Of a stretch of DNA of 64,000 nt, positions 1 through 12,798 are shown in pieces. Each line of letters starts with the position of its first letter. Within the stretch, counting starts at the first letter, position 1. The position numbers were made by a program, and so were the translations under genes. The notes under the pieces are model-generated. The model did no database searches and was not told where the DNA came from. It saw only the letters and a program-made list of their open reading frames with translations. Source of the stretch: the human T2T-CHM13v2.0 reference genome, Homo sapiens; NCBI RefSeq assembly GCF_009914755.1, contig NC_060928.1. One strand, written 5' to 3'.

Positions 1-1320
<1,320 letters not shown>

Positions 1321-3684
1321 TAAAGTAAAAATTTGAAAGAGAAAAGATATCAATAGATAGAAATGGTTAAAAATAATTTTTAAAAATCTGGTTTTGAAAT
1401 AGATATAACCATTTGCTGAGCACACGCTGTATATAGGCATTAACTGAATATTTTATGTGAATTATTTCATTGAGGCCTGTCATCTACCCAGAAAAAAGTA
1501 TACTTTGTTCATTTCATTTTAAACCTGAAACAAAGTAAAGAATGCCTAGCACAGTAAAGAGAATTAGTATAGAACACAGCTAGCGACTGGTTCTCATCAA
1601 TTTTGCGATAAAATGATCATAGTATCACCAAATCACGTTGTTTTTTTCTTTTTGTCATCAAAGAATGAATCAGAATGCCACATTTGATTCTCTTCATAGG
1701 TGGATTTTTCTTCATTTAAGAGCATTAATTTTTGATTTCTTATAAAAGATATATTTCATCACATAATTCTTTACATCATCAATAAAAATCTGGATAAAAT
1801 AAGCCTTTTTATTATGTAGAATTATAATAATTATTATCATAATAATTCTTCCCATCTTTTACTTAATGTAGCCTAGGTAAATGACAGTGAAAAAGCATTT
1901 TGTGTATAAAAGCGCTATCAAGAACGCTACCTTCCAGGAACGTAAATTGATACATGGAAGAAGAAAGGAGCCAGGTGTGATAGCTTCCAGCTGCGATGGT
2001 AGTGGGTATAGAAAGAAGAGTATGTGCATATTTTTTTGTCTTTAAAAATTTTAAATAAGGAAATGAGAGAGAAACTAACCCAAGGATAAAAAGCAGAAAC
2101 TCTTTATGGAATTGTGTTTAATATATTGTTTTAATGTTATTGTAACTTTTTAGGGATTTTTTTAATAGAAGAGAAAAAAACTTGTGTTTATATGTGTGTG
2201 CATATATATATATACACAAATAAGCATGAAACTAACTGCATTAAAAGAACTACAGATACCCTTCTTTTTAAAACTCATATTTTCTTTTCATGTTTATGAA
2301 GGTGAGGTTTAAAAACACAAAAGGCATTCAATTCAGAATTATAGTTTTTACAGAAATTGCAGCATAATTCTATTTCACACTTATTCATATTTTATAAAGC
2401 ATAACGACCATTTCCAAAACCTCTGGGTATAATAACATATTTTAAAATACCAACACAATTACCAGGCTGAAAAAGAGCACTAACTAGGTATCTTCTCAAA
2501 GAAAACCATTTCACACCTACTCAGACTTACATATTAAGCCAGAAATTTAATATTTCAAATCTATAAAAGAACAAGTGATCATTTCTTTGGGATTTGTAGC
2601 TTTGGATTTTAGATTTCTGTCTATTTAGTATTTCAAATGGGGCACTGCATTTATGTAATTTCTGGGTGGGTATTGAATATATGAGCTTTGATGATAAACT
2701 GGCTCTCCTTCATTTCCTTGAAATCAACACAGAATTGAATACCTATTTTAATATGTGTTGGACTTTGTGCATACAAATGAAGCATTACTAAACAATTCCA
2801 ACTGTGTGTTTTAAGAAATCAGCACAGTTCAATGTTTTCCTAATGCTCTGAGTCTGGGGAACATAAATAATCATTTTAATTCTCTGGTAGACACTGAATT
2901 ACATAGTAAATTATCTCAAGCTTGGGAAAGCTCTATTTTTTAAAACTCACATATTCCTTCTATATGAAGAATCTGAGATATGAATTAAATGGTATTCAAA
3001 ATTTTGACTAAAATTAACTGTAGCACTTAAAATCTTACTATTTTAAGGAAGAAGCTTTGGAGACCATTTAAAAAAATGATTTTATTGAAGAAGAAAAAGG
3101 CAGAGAGAAAGAAAGATAATTAATAGGGTATACTGGAGATGAATAATGAAATGAAAATATACAGATTTGCCAGAGCCCCAAGCACTCAGTATAATATTAA
3201 TCAAATCTTGCCAACTATTAATTGAAATAATTAGAAAACATTTTTAGCCTGCTTGATCATGTTGGCATTTTAATTAAACCCTCTTGGATTCCAGATAAAA
3301 CAATATATATATATATATATTTTTGGAACTCTCTTTGTTCAACTATTACCAAAAATACTTTTGAAGGTAGTAACCAAGTAGTATAATTGGAGTCTGGATG
3401 TATAGGAACAAGACAGAACATGCTACCATAGATTCAAAATGTTGGCTTTTCAAGAAGTTGTCTATAAATCTGCAGCTACAAGAAACCCAAACAATGAAAT
3501 GTGGATTTAATTAGAAGAAACTTTCCACATTTTTGGGGATAATGCTATGGTTATTCTTTTATAGTATGTACCTAATAGAACAGTTCTGGTCTAGTGAAAT
3601 AAAGATTTTCAATAAATAAATATCTCACAATTTAATATATACTTATATAGTGTCCTAGATGCCAAAGACAAGTTCTTGGTGCTA

Positions 3685-3888
3685 CAGAAATATTAACTCA
3701 TTTAATCTTCATAACCACCTTCTAATATTGATATCACTTTTATGCCCATTTTAATGATGAGGACAGGGAGGCACAGGGAGGTTAAACAATTTGTCCCAGA
3801 TTGTATAGCTAACTAGCTGCAGAGTGAGGATTTCAACTAGGTAATTGATTTCAGAGTCTGTGTGTTCAACCTCCACACTATGCCTCCT
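3685..3888 (-). mobile_element. MIR SINE
   Basis: Antisense MIR core: ACTCATTTAATCTTCATAAC...CCCATTTTAATGATGAGGA...GAGGTTAAACAATTTGTCC. Confidence 0.75.
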
Positions 3889-3939
3889 AATGCTCCTCAG
3901 ATGCCTTTTGCATATTCAGCAGGCTGATTTGCTGGTACA

Positions 3940-4112
3940 TGTATATCATCACATTTAATCCCCAGCATGGTACTGCAAAGGAAGTGTATCATCATCATTT
4001 TACAGATGGGGAAAAAGAGGCTCAAGGAAATTGAGCACTTGATCAGGTTTAGACTACCAGCAGAAAGGATGTAAGTCCATTTCTATCTGACTCTAAAGTG
4101 CATGCTTTTACT
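3940..4112 (-). mobile_element. MIR SINE (second copy)
   Basis: CATTTTACAGATGGGGAAA...GAGGCTCAAGGA...TCTGACTCTAAAG. Confidence 0.7.
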
Positions 4113-4384
4113 GACCTCTTTCCAATATATTATTGTTTTTTAAAGATTCAGGCATTTCATTTAGCTACCTTACATTGTAAATAAAATTAAGATATTATTT
4201 CAGGCAAATTGAACTTTAAGATATTATGTCAGATAAATTGAAATTTTATTGAAATTTAATTGAAATGTATCTGATTGTGGAAGGTTATTCATTCTTGCAC
4301 CCGACATTTACTAAACATCCATTAAGAATGGATTTAAAATTTGCCCCCATTTTCTGGGGACAAAATTACCCTAATTTTGATGTC

Positions 4385-4847
4385 ACTTGCAATAAAGCCT
4401 TCTTCCTTGGTAATACTTGTGTATTAGTCTGTTCTCACACTGCTGATAAAGACATACCCAAGACTGAGCAATTTACAAAAGAAAGAGGTTTAATGGACTT
4501 ACAGTTCCACATGGCTAGGAGGCCTCACAATCATGGAGGAAAGTGAAGAGGAGCAAGTCACGTCTTACATGGATGGCAGCAGGCAAAGAGAAAACTTGTG
4601 CAGGGGAACTCCTCTTTATAAAACCATCAGATCTCATGAGACTTATTCACTATCATGAGAACAGCACAGGAAAGACTTGTCCCCATGATTCAATTACTTC
4701 CCATCACGTCCCTCCCACAACACGTGGGAATTCAAGATGAGATTTGGGTGGGGACACAGCCAAACCATATCAACTTGTTATCTCAGTGATTGGTTTTCTG
4801 TGCAGTGAGCAACAAGGCCTAGGCCAAACCTCTAGCATTTGGCAACA
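4385..4847 (+). mobile_element. 3' end of an older ERVL-type LTR (MER73/MER74-like), split by THE1
   Basis: AATAAAGCCTTCTTCCTTGGTAATACTTG joins TTATCTCAGTGATTGGTTTTCTGTGC...GGCAACA once the THE1 is removed. Family name is from recall. Confidence 0.55.
4420..4772 (-). mobile_element. THE1 (MaLR) solo LTR
   Basis: Termini TGTATTAGTC...AAACCATATCA, 353 bp, with a perfect 5-bp TSD ACTTG (4415-4419 / 4773-4777). Confidence 0.92.
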
Positions 4848-5629
4848 AAATTCTGGGAGGAATCTGGGTTTTATGGGGCCAGAACCGTATATATTATGGG
4901 AGTCATTCTTTAAGATAAAGAATACAAATTATGCATGTAAAATTAGATATGTAAGCATTTAATAACTACTCACTATGAATGACCAAAAATACAAATTATG
5001 AAACCATTATACCATGATGCAGTCTATTGCCCATGACCTTATCATGCTGGGTGGGTTTGCACAGTAGGCAAGAGTTCTTTCAGTGGGAAATTAGCAACAG
5101 CTTAATTACATTAATAGATGGCCAGAGCCTTCCCAGGCTTTTGAAATAGACATGGGTGTAAGCTTCATCAGCTCCCAGTAAATCCAGATTTGCAGTAGGT
5201 CTTCTGGCATGCACCCTTTCTGTTCAAGGCAACATTTTGCCCTACAAGAAATGGTGAATTTGCCAGCCTCAAACAGTATTAGGCCAGTAGCAGGATTATG
5301 TGGATCTAGAGGGCTAGAAATGTAAGCAGCAAGAGAAAAACAAACAAATGAAAACAACTGTGTTCTTTATTTTTGGTTGGATTATACTAATCTGGAAAAA
5401 TTGAACAAAATCCATAATGATTTATAAAAAGTGAGAAAATAAATCTTTGTACTGTCTCCCTACCCCCAAAGTTACAAGGAACATTGGTAGGTAGAAACCT
5501 TGCCTTAAAATTTGATGCAGACTGAGATAGAAGAAAAAACAAATTTCTAAGCTTCTCTTGAGGCTTTCTAGAATTAAGAATGATGAGCAAATGTAGAGGG
5601 AAAGTCATTGTAACGGTCCCAGTTTCTTT

Positions 5630-5793
5630 TTCATTTTTAAGTTGACTAATAATAATTGTACATACTCATTGGGTACGTAGTAATGTTTTGATACATATAA
5701 TATATAGTGATAGATCAGGGTAATTAGCACTTTCATCATCTCAAACCGTGACCATTTCTTTGTATTGGGAACAGTAATATCCTCCTCTTAGCT
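5630..5793 (-). mobile_element. L1MA 3' end fragment
   Basis: ATAATTGTACATA...GATCAGGGTAATTAGCA...CATTTCTTTGTATTGGGAACA; similar to the L1MA starting at 28972. Confidence 0.75.
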
Positions 5794-6629
5794 CTGAACC
5801 CTTCATTTGGGGTGGAGAAGGAAGAGGAAAAAATGAGAAGTTTATCTCCATTATGGGCTGGGAAACCTTTGGAGATTCACTTACTCATAAGTAATTATTG
5901 CCCTTATTATGCAATGATTCATTTGATTACTTGAGTAACAAAAGGCATGAAGTGAATTAAAAAAATAAAAGTACTCCTCAGCTCCATTTCCATCTCCTCT
6001 AAGCAAGTATTTGCATTGGTCATGGGAGACCAGAAGCCTATAGGAATAATGAAGGGTTATCATTTCACCTTACACTAGTCTAGGGACAAGAAAGAGATCA
6101 AGGCCTCTCCTGTCAAAGCAAACACTAGATTGTTTCACAGATTCTCTACCAAGGGATATTTGCAGTAGAGAGGCTGATCTCTGGGTTATAGGCATATGAG
6201 AGTGTTCATCTTTTTTTCCTTTATGAGTGCAGATTCTGGGGCACAAGAACCAACAGAGACCCAAATGCTAATTGTCTAATTGTTTGAAAGTTATAAATCA
6301 AATAACAAATCATTAAATAAAACATGTGGTTATTTCCTACCTGGAAAAAATGTGCTTTCATAATGACAAAATGGAAAAATATGTGTAAAGCTGTGAATTT
6401 CAGATGACTGAAAGTTGGCTAAATGTATCAAAGATGACTGATTTTATTATTTTGCAAATGGCTAGATGTTCCATTGACAGATCAAAGATTTACAGATAAA
6501 TATGTATGTAATATATACATTATATATTTAGTTTATAAAATATGTCACCTGCATTTCAGCAGAATCGCTAATTATATTGTCATCAAATTTTTACATAATT
6601 TGTGTTTGCTTGGCAGGAATAATGTAAAG

Positions 6630-6820
6630 TAGGGGATGGCGAACATCTTAAAGAAGCAGTTACTGAATATTTAAGGTTTTTCAAGCTACATTGTTTCTAT
6701 TACAACAGGTCAATTCTGCCATTATAGCACTAAAGCAGATACAGATAATATGGAAACAAATGGATGTGACTATGTTCCAATAAGACTTTATTTTCACATG
6801 CCATAGTTTGTTGACCATAA
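6630..6820 (-). mobile_element. MER58A-like hAT-Charlie MITE
   Basis: CAATTCTGCCATTATAGCACTAAAGCAG...AAATGGATGTGACTATGTTCCAATAAGACTTTAT, with degenerate terminal inverted repeats. Confidence 0.65.
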
Positions 6821-7947
6821 TCTAAAAGATTTAAAAACAAATAAATATTTAATTTTTGTACACAATTAAATATAGTCTCATTAAGAACGTAAAGCAAATA
6901 TTAAAAGAAAGTTTTTCACGTATAGTTATCCTTTAAAATATTTACATAATCTATTAAAATTAAAAGAAAATCAAATGTTTATTAAATTATAATCAATGAT
7001 ATCAAATGTTTAAAACAAATTATTTAAATGAAGCTACACTTTTAATCTTTCAAAGTTTAATTATGCTTTATTAAAAATATTTGTATTAAATATGTATGTT
7101 TCTTTTTAATTTTGGCATTCATTATTTTTTCAGTTCTGGCATTTGATATCCATTTAGTTGCAAATGTAATGAATTAGTAATACCCATTATGAATGTTACA
7201 TCTAGACCTATACCTACACAAATTTAAGTGTATTGTGATTGCTTAGCATTTCAGAATGATCTTTACTCCCCATTTGCAATGGTTGCAAAAACGTAGCTAA
7301 TTCATAGTTGCTAATTTGCAACTATGAACTGAATCACAAAGACAAACAAGAATATTGATAAATGGTGTAAGCTATACTTATATGCAAGAATCTATTGTAT
7401 TCATGCTATGGAAGGGAATGCTTTTTCAAGTTAATGAATTCATATGTCCTCCTGCTGAATTTCTTCTCCTGCTCAAATGATCTGCTTACTCTGGATCCCT
7501 ATCTGTCTCTATCATTGACAGTGGCACAACCCACCAGCCCACAGCATTTGAACATAATTACTTTTTATTTAAGTAAGATAGGTCATGAATGAACATAGGT
7601 ATTTCTCTGAGGACTGAATGGTGTTAGTCACAAAGGTGATGTTTAGTGATGTACATACTACCTTGCTTGTTCTGAGAACCAGTTATTAAATGACAGACAC
7701 ACTCATTGTTCTAGGAGAGAGCAAATGTTTCTAATGGGACAGATTTGGGTTTGGATACCTTTTTTTGGTAGATAATATTTTTTAATACAAAACTTTTTTA
7801 AAAATTGTGACAGAATTTACTACAATAAAGTGTACAGATTTTAGATGTAAAATTAGATGAGTTTTGACAAATGTAAACACCTAATTAACCAACACCAAAA
7901 TCAAGATATTGAACATTCCATCATTGCAGAATATCTCTCTCTCTCCC

Positions 7948-8272
<325 letters not shown>

Positions 8273-8998
8273 TAACCAATCAGAGGTAAGCGCTGTTTGA
8301 ATTTCATTTTGCCTGTTTTAGCACCTCATATAAATGAGATCATATGGTATGTACTATTTTGTGTCTAGCTTCCTTTGATTAATGCAATGTTTTCCAGATT
8401 AATCCATTTTTTATTTTGTGTAGTCTGTAGTTTTTATGGCTGAATACATGTAACTTATGTAAATTTATATTTAAAATTCCTAACATAATATATATTTATT
8501 ATAATATATGTCTATTCATCCTTTCCCTTGTTAATGGACATTTGGTTGTTTCTAGTTTGGGCTATTATGAACAAAAAAGATCCTTACACAATTTTTTGTA
8601 GGGAATATGTTTCTTTTTGATAAATACCTAAGAGTAGAATAATTAAGTCATAGGGTAGAAACATGTTTAACTTTATTAAAAAACTTTCAAATAGTTTTCC
8701 AAAGTGGTTGTACCATTTTTGTATGAGAGTTCCCATTGCTCCTCATCTTTGCCAGCCCTTGAAATTGCATTAAAAAAAATGTTGGCCGATCTCCTGGGTA
8801 TAAAGTAGTATTTTATTTTGGTCTTAATGTTCATTTCCATGATGATTACTGACATTGAGCACCTTACAGTATGCTTTTTGGCCATTTGTATATCTTCTTT
8901 TGTGAAATATTTGTTCATACCTGTTGCCCATTTAAAAATAATTAGGCTATTTGTGATTTACTATTGATTTGTAGGAATTCTTTATATATTTTGGGCAT

Positions 8999-9143
8999 TA
9001 TATATATATATATACACACACACATACACATAGACATATATATTACACATATACATGCATTTATATATACATACACATATGTACATATATAATGCATATT
9101 TCCATATATATGTATTCTATATGTGTGCGTGTATATATATGTA
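8999..9143. repeat. Degenerate (TA)n/(CA)n alternating purine-pyrimidine tract
   Basis: Direct reading: TATATATA...CACACACATACACA...TATATATATGTA. Confidence 0.9.
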
Positions 9144-9449
9144 ATGCATACTTTCTCTTACTCTGACATGCCTTTTCATTTTTTAAATTCTATTTTATGA
9201 TAAAGATAACTTTAAAATTTTGATGACCCACATGCTCTTTTACGCATTGTTGTAAGGCTGAGTTTATGATATGTAGCTTTCCTGGAAAGTACTGGGTTCA
9301 GGTTAGCAATCCCTCTTGCCGAGGTCTAAGCCTATTCTAGCTCCTTTATTTTTTATCTGCTCTCAAGGGAGACTTATAGTGTTGGACATATTCCAAACCC
9401 CGTTCTCTCTGATATGTGTTCTTGACATTCATTCTAAAGGGCCATATTA

Positions 9450-9883
9450 CAGTTGAGCCTTGAACACCATGGGTTTGAATTGCACAGTTCCACTTGTACA
9501 CAGATTTCCTTCTGCCTTGGCCACCCCTGAGACAGCAAGACCAACCCCTCCTTTTCTCCTTCCTTCTCAGCTTTTGCAACATGAAGATGAAGATACAGGA
9601 CTTTATGACGATCCACTTCCGATTAATGAATAGTAAATATATTCTCTCTTCCTTACAATTTTCTTAACATTTTCTTTTCTTTAGCTTACCTTATGAGAAT
9701 ATAGTACATAATATATATGTAACATACAAAATATATGTTAAGTGACTGTTTGTTATCAGCATGGCTTCCAGTCAACAGTAGACTATTAGTGGTTAAGTTT
9801 TTGGTGAGTCAAAAGTTGTACCCAGATTTTTGACTGCATAGCGGGTGAGGACCCCTAACCCTGGGTTGTTCAAGGGTCAACTA
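9450..9883. mobile_element. Tigger2a (MER28)-like Tc1/mariner deletion derivative, both ends present
   Basis: TIRs CAGTTGAGCCTTGAACA ... TGTTCAAGGGTCAACTA, flanked by TA at 9448-9449 and 9884-9885. Confidence 0.85.
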
Positions 9884-10010
9884 TATTTGATTAGCAAGAA
9901 TGGGAGTGCAGAAGAAGATAGAGTCTTTTTTGCTGTGATGTCTCCTTCAATACATTACGTGTATGGTTGAGACAAGTTACTGCAGGTCTCATACCTGGAG
10001 TATTACTTCT

Positions 10011-10300
10011 TTTTTTTTTTTTGAGATGGAGTCTCGCTCTGTTACCCAGGCTGGAGTGCAATGGCATGATCTTGGCTCACTGCAACCTCCGCCTCCTGGG
10101 TTCAAGTGATTCTCCTGCCTCAACCTCCTAAGTAGCTGTGATTACAGGCAACCGCCACAACGCCCAGCTAATTTTTGTATTTTCAGTAGAGACGGGGTTT
10201 CACCATGTTGGTCAGGCTGGTCTCAAACTCCTGACCTCGTGATCCACCCGCCTTGGCCTCCCAAAGTGCTGGGATTACAGGCGTGAGCCACCACGCCCGG
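10011..10300 (-). mobile_element. AluS (Sg/Sc-like)
   Basis: Full antisense dimer; CTGACCTCGTGATCC shows the 2-bp deletion; TSD TATTACTTCTTT at 10001-10012 / 10305-10316. Confidence 0.93.
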
Positions 10301-10629
10301 TGAATATTACTTCTTTAGAAAGAACTTGCAATATGTTTTAGGCCCCAAATCTGAATCCTTTAAATAAATGGTTTATTAGCTTTCTCTGGAGCTGTTCTCT
10401 CCAGAAAGCTAGGCATGAGTCTAAGTGATGAGTTAAAGTAATCTGAGGTAGATACTTCAGTCTTTTTCGCCACCTTTATCCCCTAAAATACATGCTAGGG
10501 GACTTGACTAATGTGCTCAGGATACACTAGCCACAATTTCTTTGGACAGACCTAGACATAATTAAGACCCAAGACCAGTAAGTATGATTTAAACAAATAA
10601 ATGGATAAGAATTAAAACAACTAGAATAA

Positions 10630-11020
10630 TAACTCTTTGAACCCTTCTACCACTTGCTTTCACACACTAATCTCATTGGTTTTTCCTTATTTCTAAACAT
10701 GCCATCATTTCTCCTACCTCAAGATATATGTACTTTTTCTCCTTCTTTTTCTAAAAATATCTCTGTTTTCTCTTTACTTCACTAGCTAGAACTGTTTCAG
10801 AAACTTCAAACAATTGCCCTTGGTTATTATTTTAATTTATGTAAAGTTGACATCAATGCTGTGACACAGTAATATAGTTTGAGGTGTTATTTTATTGGGA
10901 CTTCATTATACTGCCTCTTTAATTATCTAGCCCCCCTGAAAAATCACTTGAGCCCAGACAGTGTGTTTTGTTTATTCATAAACCCCGGTACCTAGCATCT
11001 TGTGCTTGAATAGAGGCCCT
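10630..11020 (+). mobile_element. Degenerate L2 3' region
   Basis: Pyrimidine-rich body, then TGTGTTTTGTTTATTCATAAACCCCGGTACCTAGCA resembling the L2 3' end. Confidence 0.5.
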
Positions 11021-11451
11021 GAACTAAGCTTCCGCTTTAACAATGACACCTCTTTATTAGGAAAATACAACTTCACAGTCATTTGACATTCCCCGTTTCA
11101 TTGCAGTGTTCATGCGTCCACTAAAGTTTATAACCAGGACTAGACTGGGGCTCTAAAAGGGTCCCTCCTTCCATCTCCCAAGATGCCTGAGGGTTTCGGT
11201 ATCTTTTCCATTCCTTAAAGATTTAGGGCACTGTTATTCTGGGGATGTTGAGCAATTAAATAAGTTGTCTAGGCTAGTTCATATTATAATCTACTGTTGA
11301 GAATAGGGAAAGGGGAAGGGACACTGGTATTAATAGAGACCGAGTATTGGCAGACAAAGTCTAGGAGCTTTACATAACCAGCTTCATTTATGATAGCTGA
11401 TAGGACATTAAGTTTTTTTGAGGAGATAGGGATAGGAATATTGATAACAAG

Positions 11452-12088
11452 TAATGATTAAAACTATGAATTCTGGAGTCAAGAGATTGGGGTTCAAACC
11501 TTTGCCCCACAACATGTAAGCTCTATTATCGTAGACAATTGGCTCAAAAGCTCTCTAAGCCTCAGTTTTCTCATCTTTAAAATGTGCATAATAATTATAT
11601 AAGTCTGTTTTGTGACAACAAAAAAAAAACATAGCTTTAGTAGCTTATAAGCAATAGAAATTTATCTCTCATAGTTCTGGAGGCTGGGAAGTCCAAGATC
11701 AAAATGCCAGCATATTTAGTGTCTGTGAGAGCTTACTTTCTCATTCATAGATGGCGCCTCTCACAATGTCCTCGCATGGTAGATAAGGGCAAACAAGTTT
11801 CCTGGGGCCTCTTGTATAAGGGCACTAATCTCCACCATGAGGGCTCCAGCCTCATGACCTCATCATTCCCCCAAAGTTCCCACCTTTTAACACCATTACC
11901 TTGGGGGTGACAATTTCAACATATGAATTTGGGGGGACACAAGCATTAAGACCATGGCAATTATAGTATGTACTTCATGGGATTGTTGGGTGATACGTGA
12001 TTTAAGAGTAAAGAACCCCAAGTGTAGTGCCTAATGTATAATAAATGTTCAATAAGCATTAGCTATTATTATTATTATTATTATTATT
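11452..12088 (+). mobile_element. MIR split by an MLT1A LTR, ending in (ATT)n
   Basis: TTCTGGAGTCAAGA...GCCTCAGTTTTCTCATCTTTAAAATG before the LTR; AGTATGTACTTCATGGGATTGTT...TCAATAAGCATTAGCTATTATT after it. Confidence 0.75.
11599..11959 (-). mobile_element. MLT1A-like MaLR LTR
   Basis: AGAAATTTATCTCTCATAGTTCTGGAGGCTGGGAAGTCCAAGATCAA...ATGAATTTGGGGGGACAC...ACCATGGCA; probable TSD ATTAT. Confidence 0.85.
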
Positions 12089-12295
12089 GATACCAAGGAT
12101 AAGACCTCTGGGACATGAAAGCTCTCAAATTTAGGTGAGAGAAATTCTGGAAAGTGGGAGAGTTGGCAAGGAAAAGGTCTGTTGAATAATTTTGTATCGC
12201 CAAACACTATCAGTATGTGTATGTTTTGAAGGGAGTTGTAAAGGGCAGAAAATAATTAGGATGACTTGAAATTTGGCAAAGGGAAGGGTAGAGTA

Positions 12296-12798
12296 AGGGT
12301 GCCAGAGACTGGTACCAGTCCGTGGCCTGTTAGGAACCCGACTGCACAGCAGAAGGTGAGTGGGGAGCTAGCGAGCAAACTTTCATCTGTATTTACAGCT
12401 ACTCCCAGTCACTTGCATTACTGCCTTAGCTCTGCTTCCTGTCAGATCAGTGGCAGCATTAGATTCTCATAGGAGCACAAACCCTATTGTGAACTGTGCA
12501 TGCAAGGGATCTTGGTTGTGTGCTCCTTATGAGAGTCTAATGCCTGATAATCTGTTACTGTCACCCATCACCCCTAGATGAGACTGTCTAGTTCTAGGAA
12601 AACAAGCTCAAGATTCCCACTGAGTCCACATTATGGTGGGCTGTATAATTACTTCATGATATATTACAATATAATAATAGAAACAAAGTGCACAATAAAT
12701 GTAATGCACTGGAATCATCCTGAAACCATCCCTGGTCCATGGAAAACCAGTCTTCCATGAAACCAGTCTCTGGTGCTGAAAAAAATTAGAAAATGCTG
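12296..12798 (+). mobile_element. MER1A (hAT-Charlie)
   Basis: GGTACCAGTCCGTGGCCTGTTAGGAAC...GCATTAGATTCTCATAGGAGC...TCTTCCATGAAACCAGTCTCTGGTGC; about 500 bp. Confidence 0.85.

Noticed and set aside
6830-7135. Extremely AT-rich stretch as a matrix-attachment region or replication origin
   Set aside because: Base composition alone cannot support a function.
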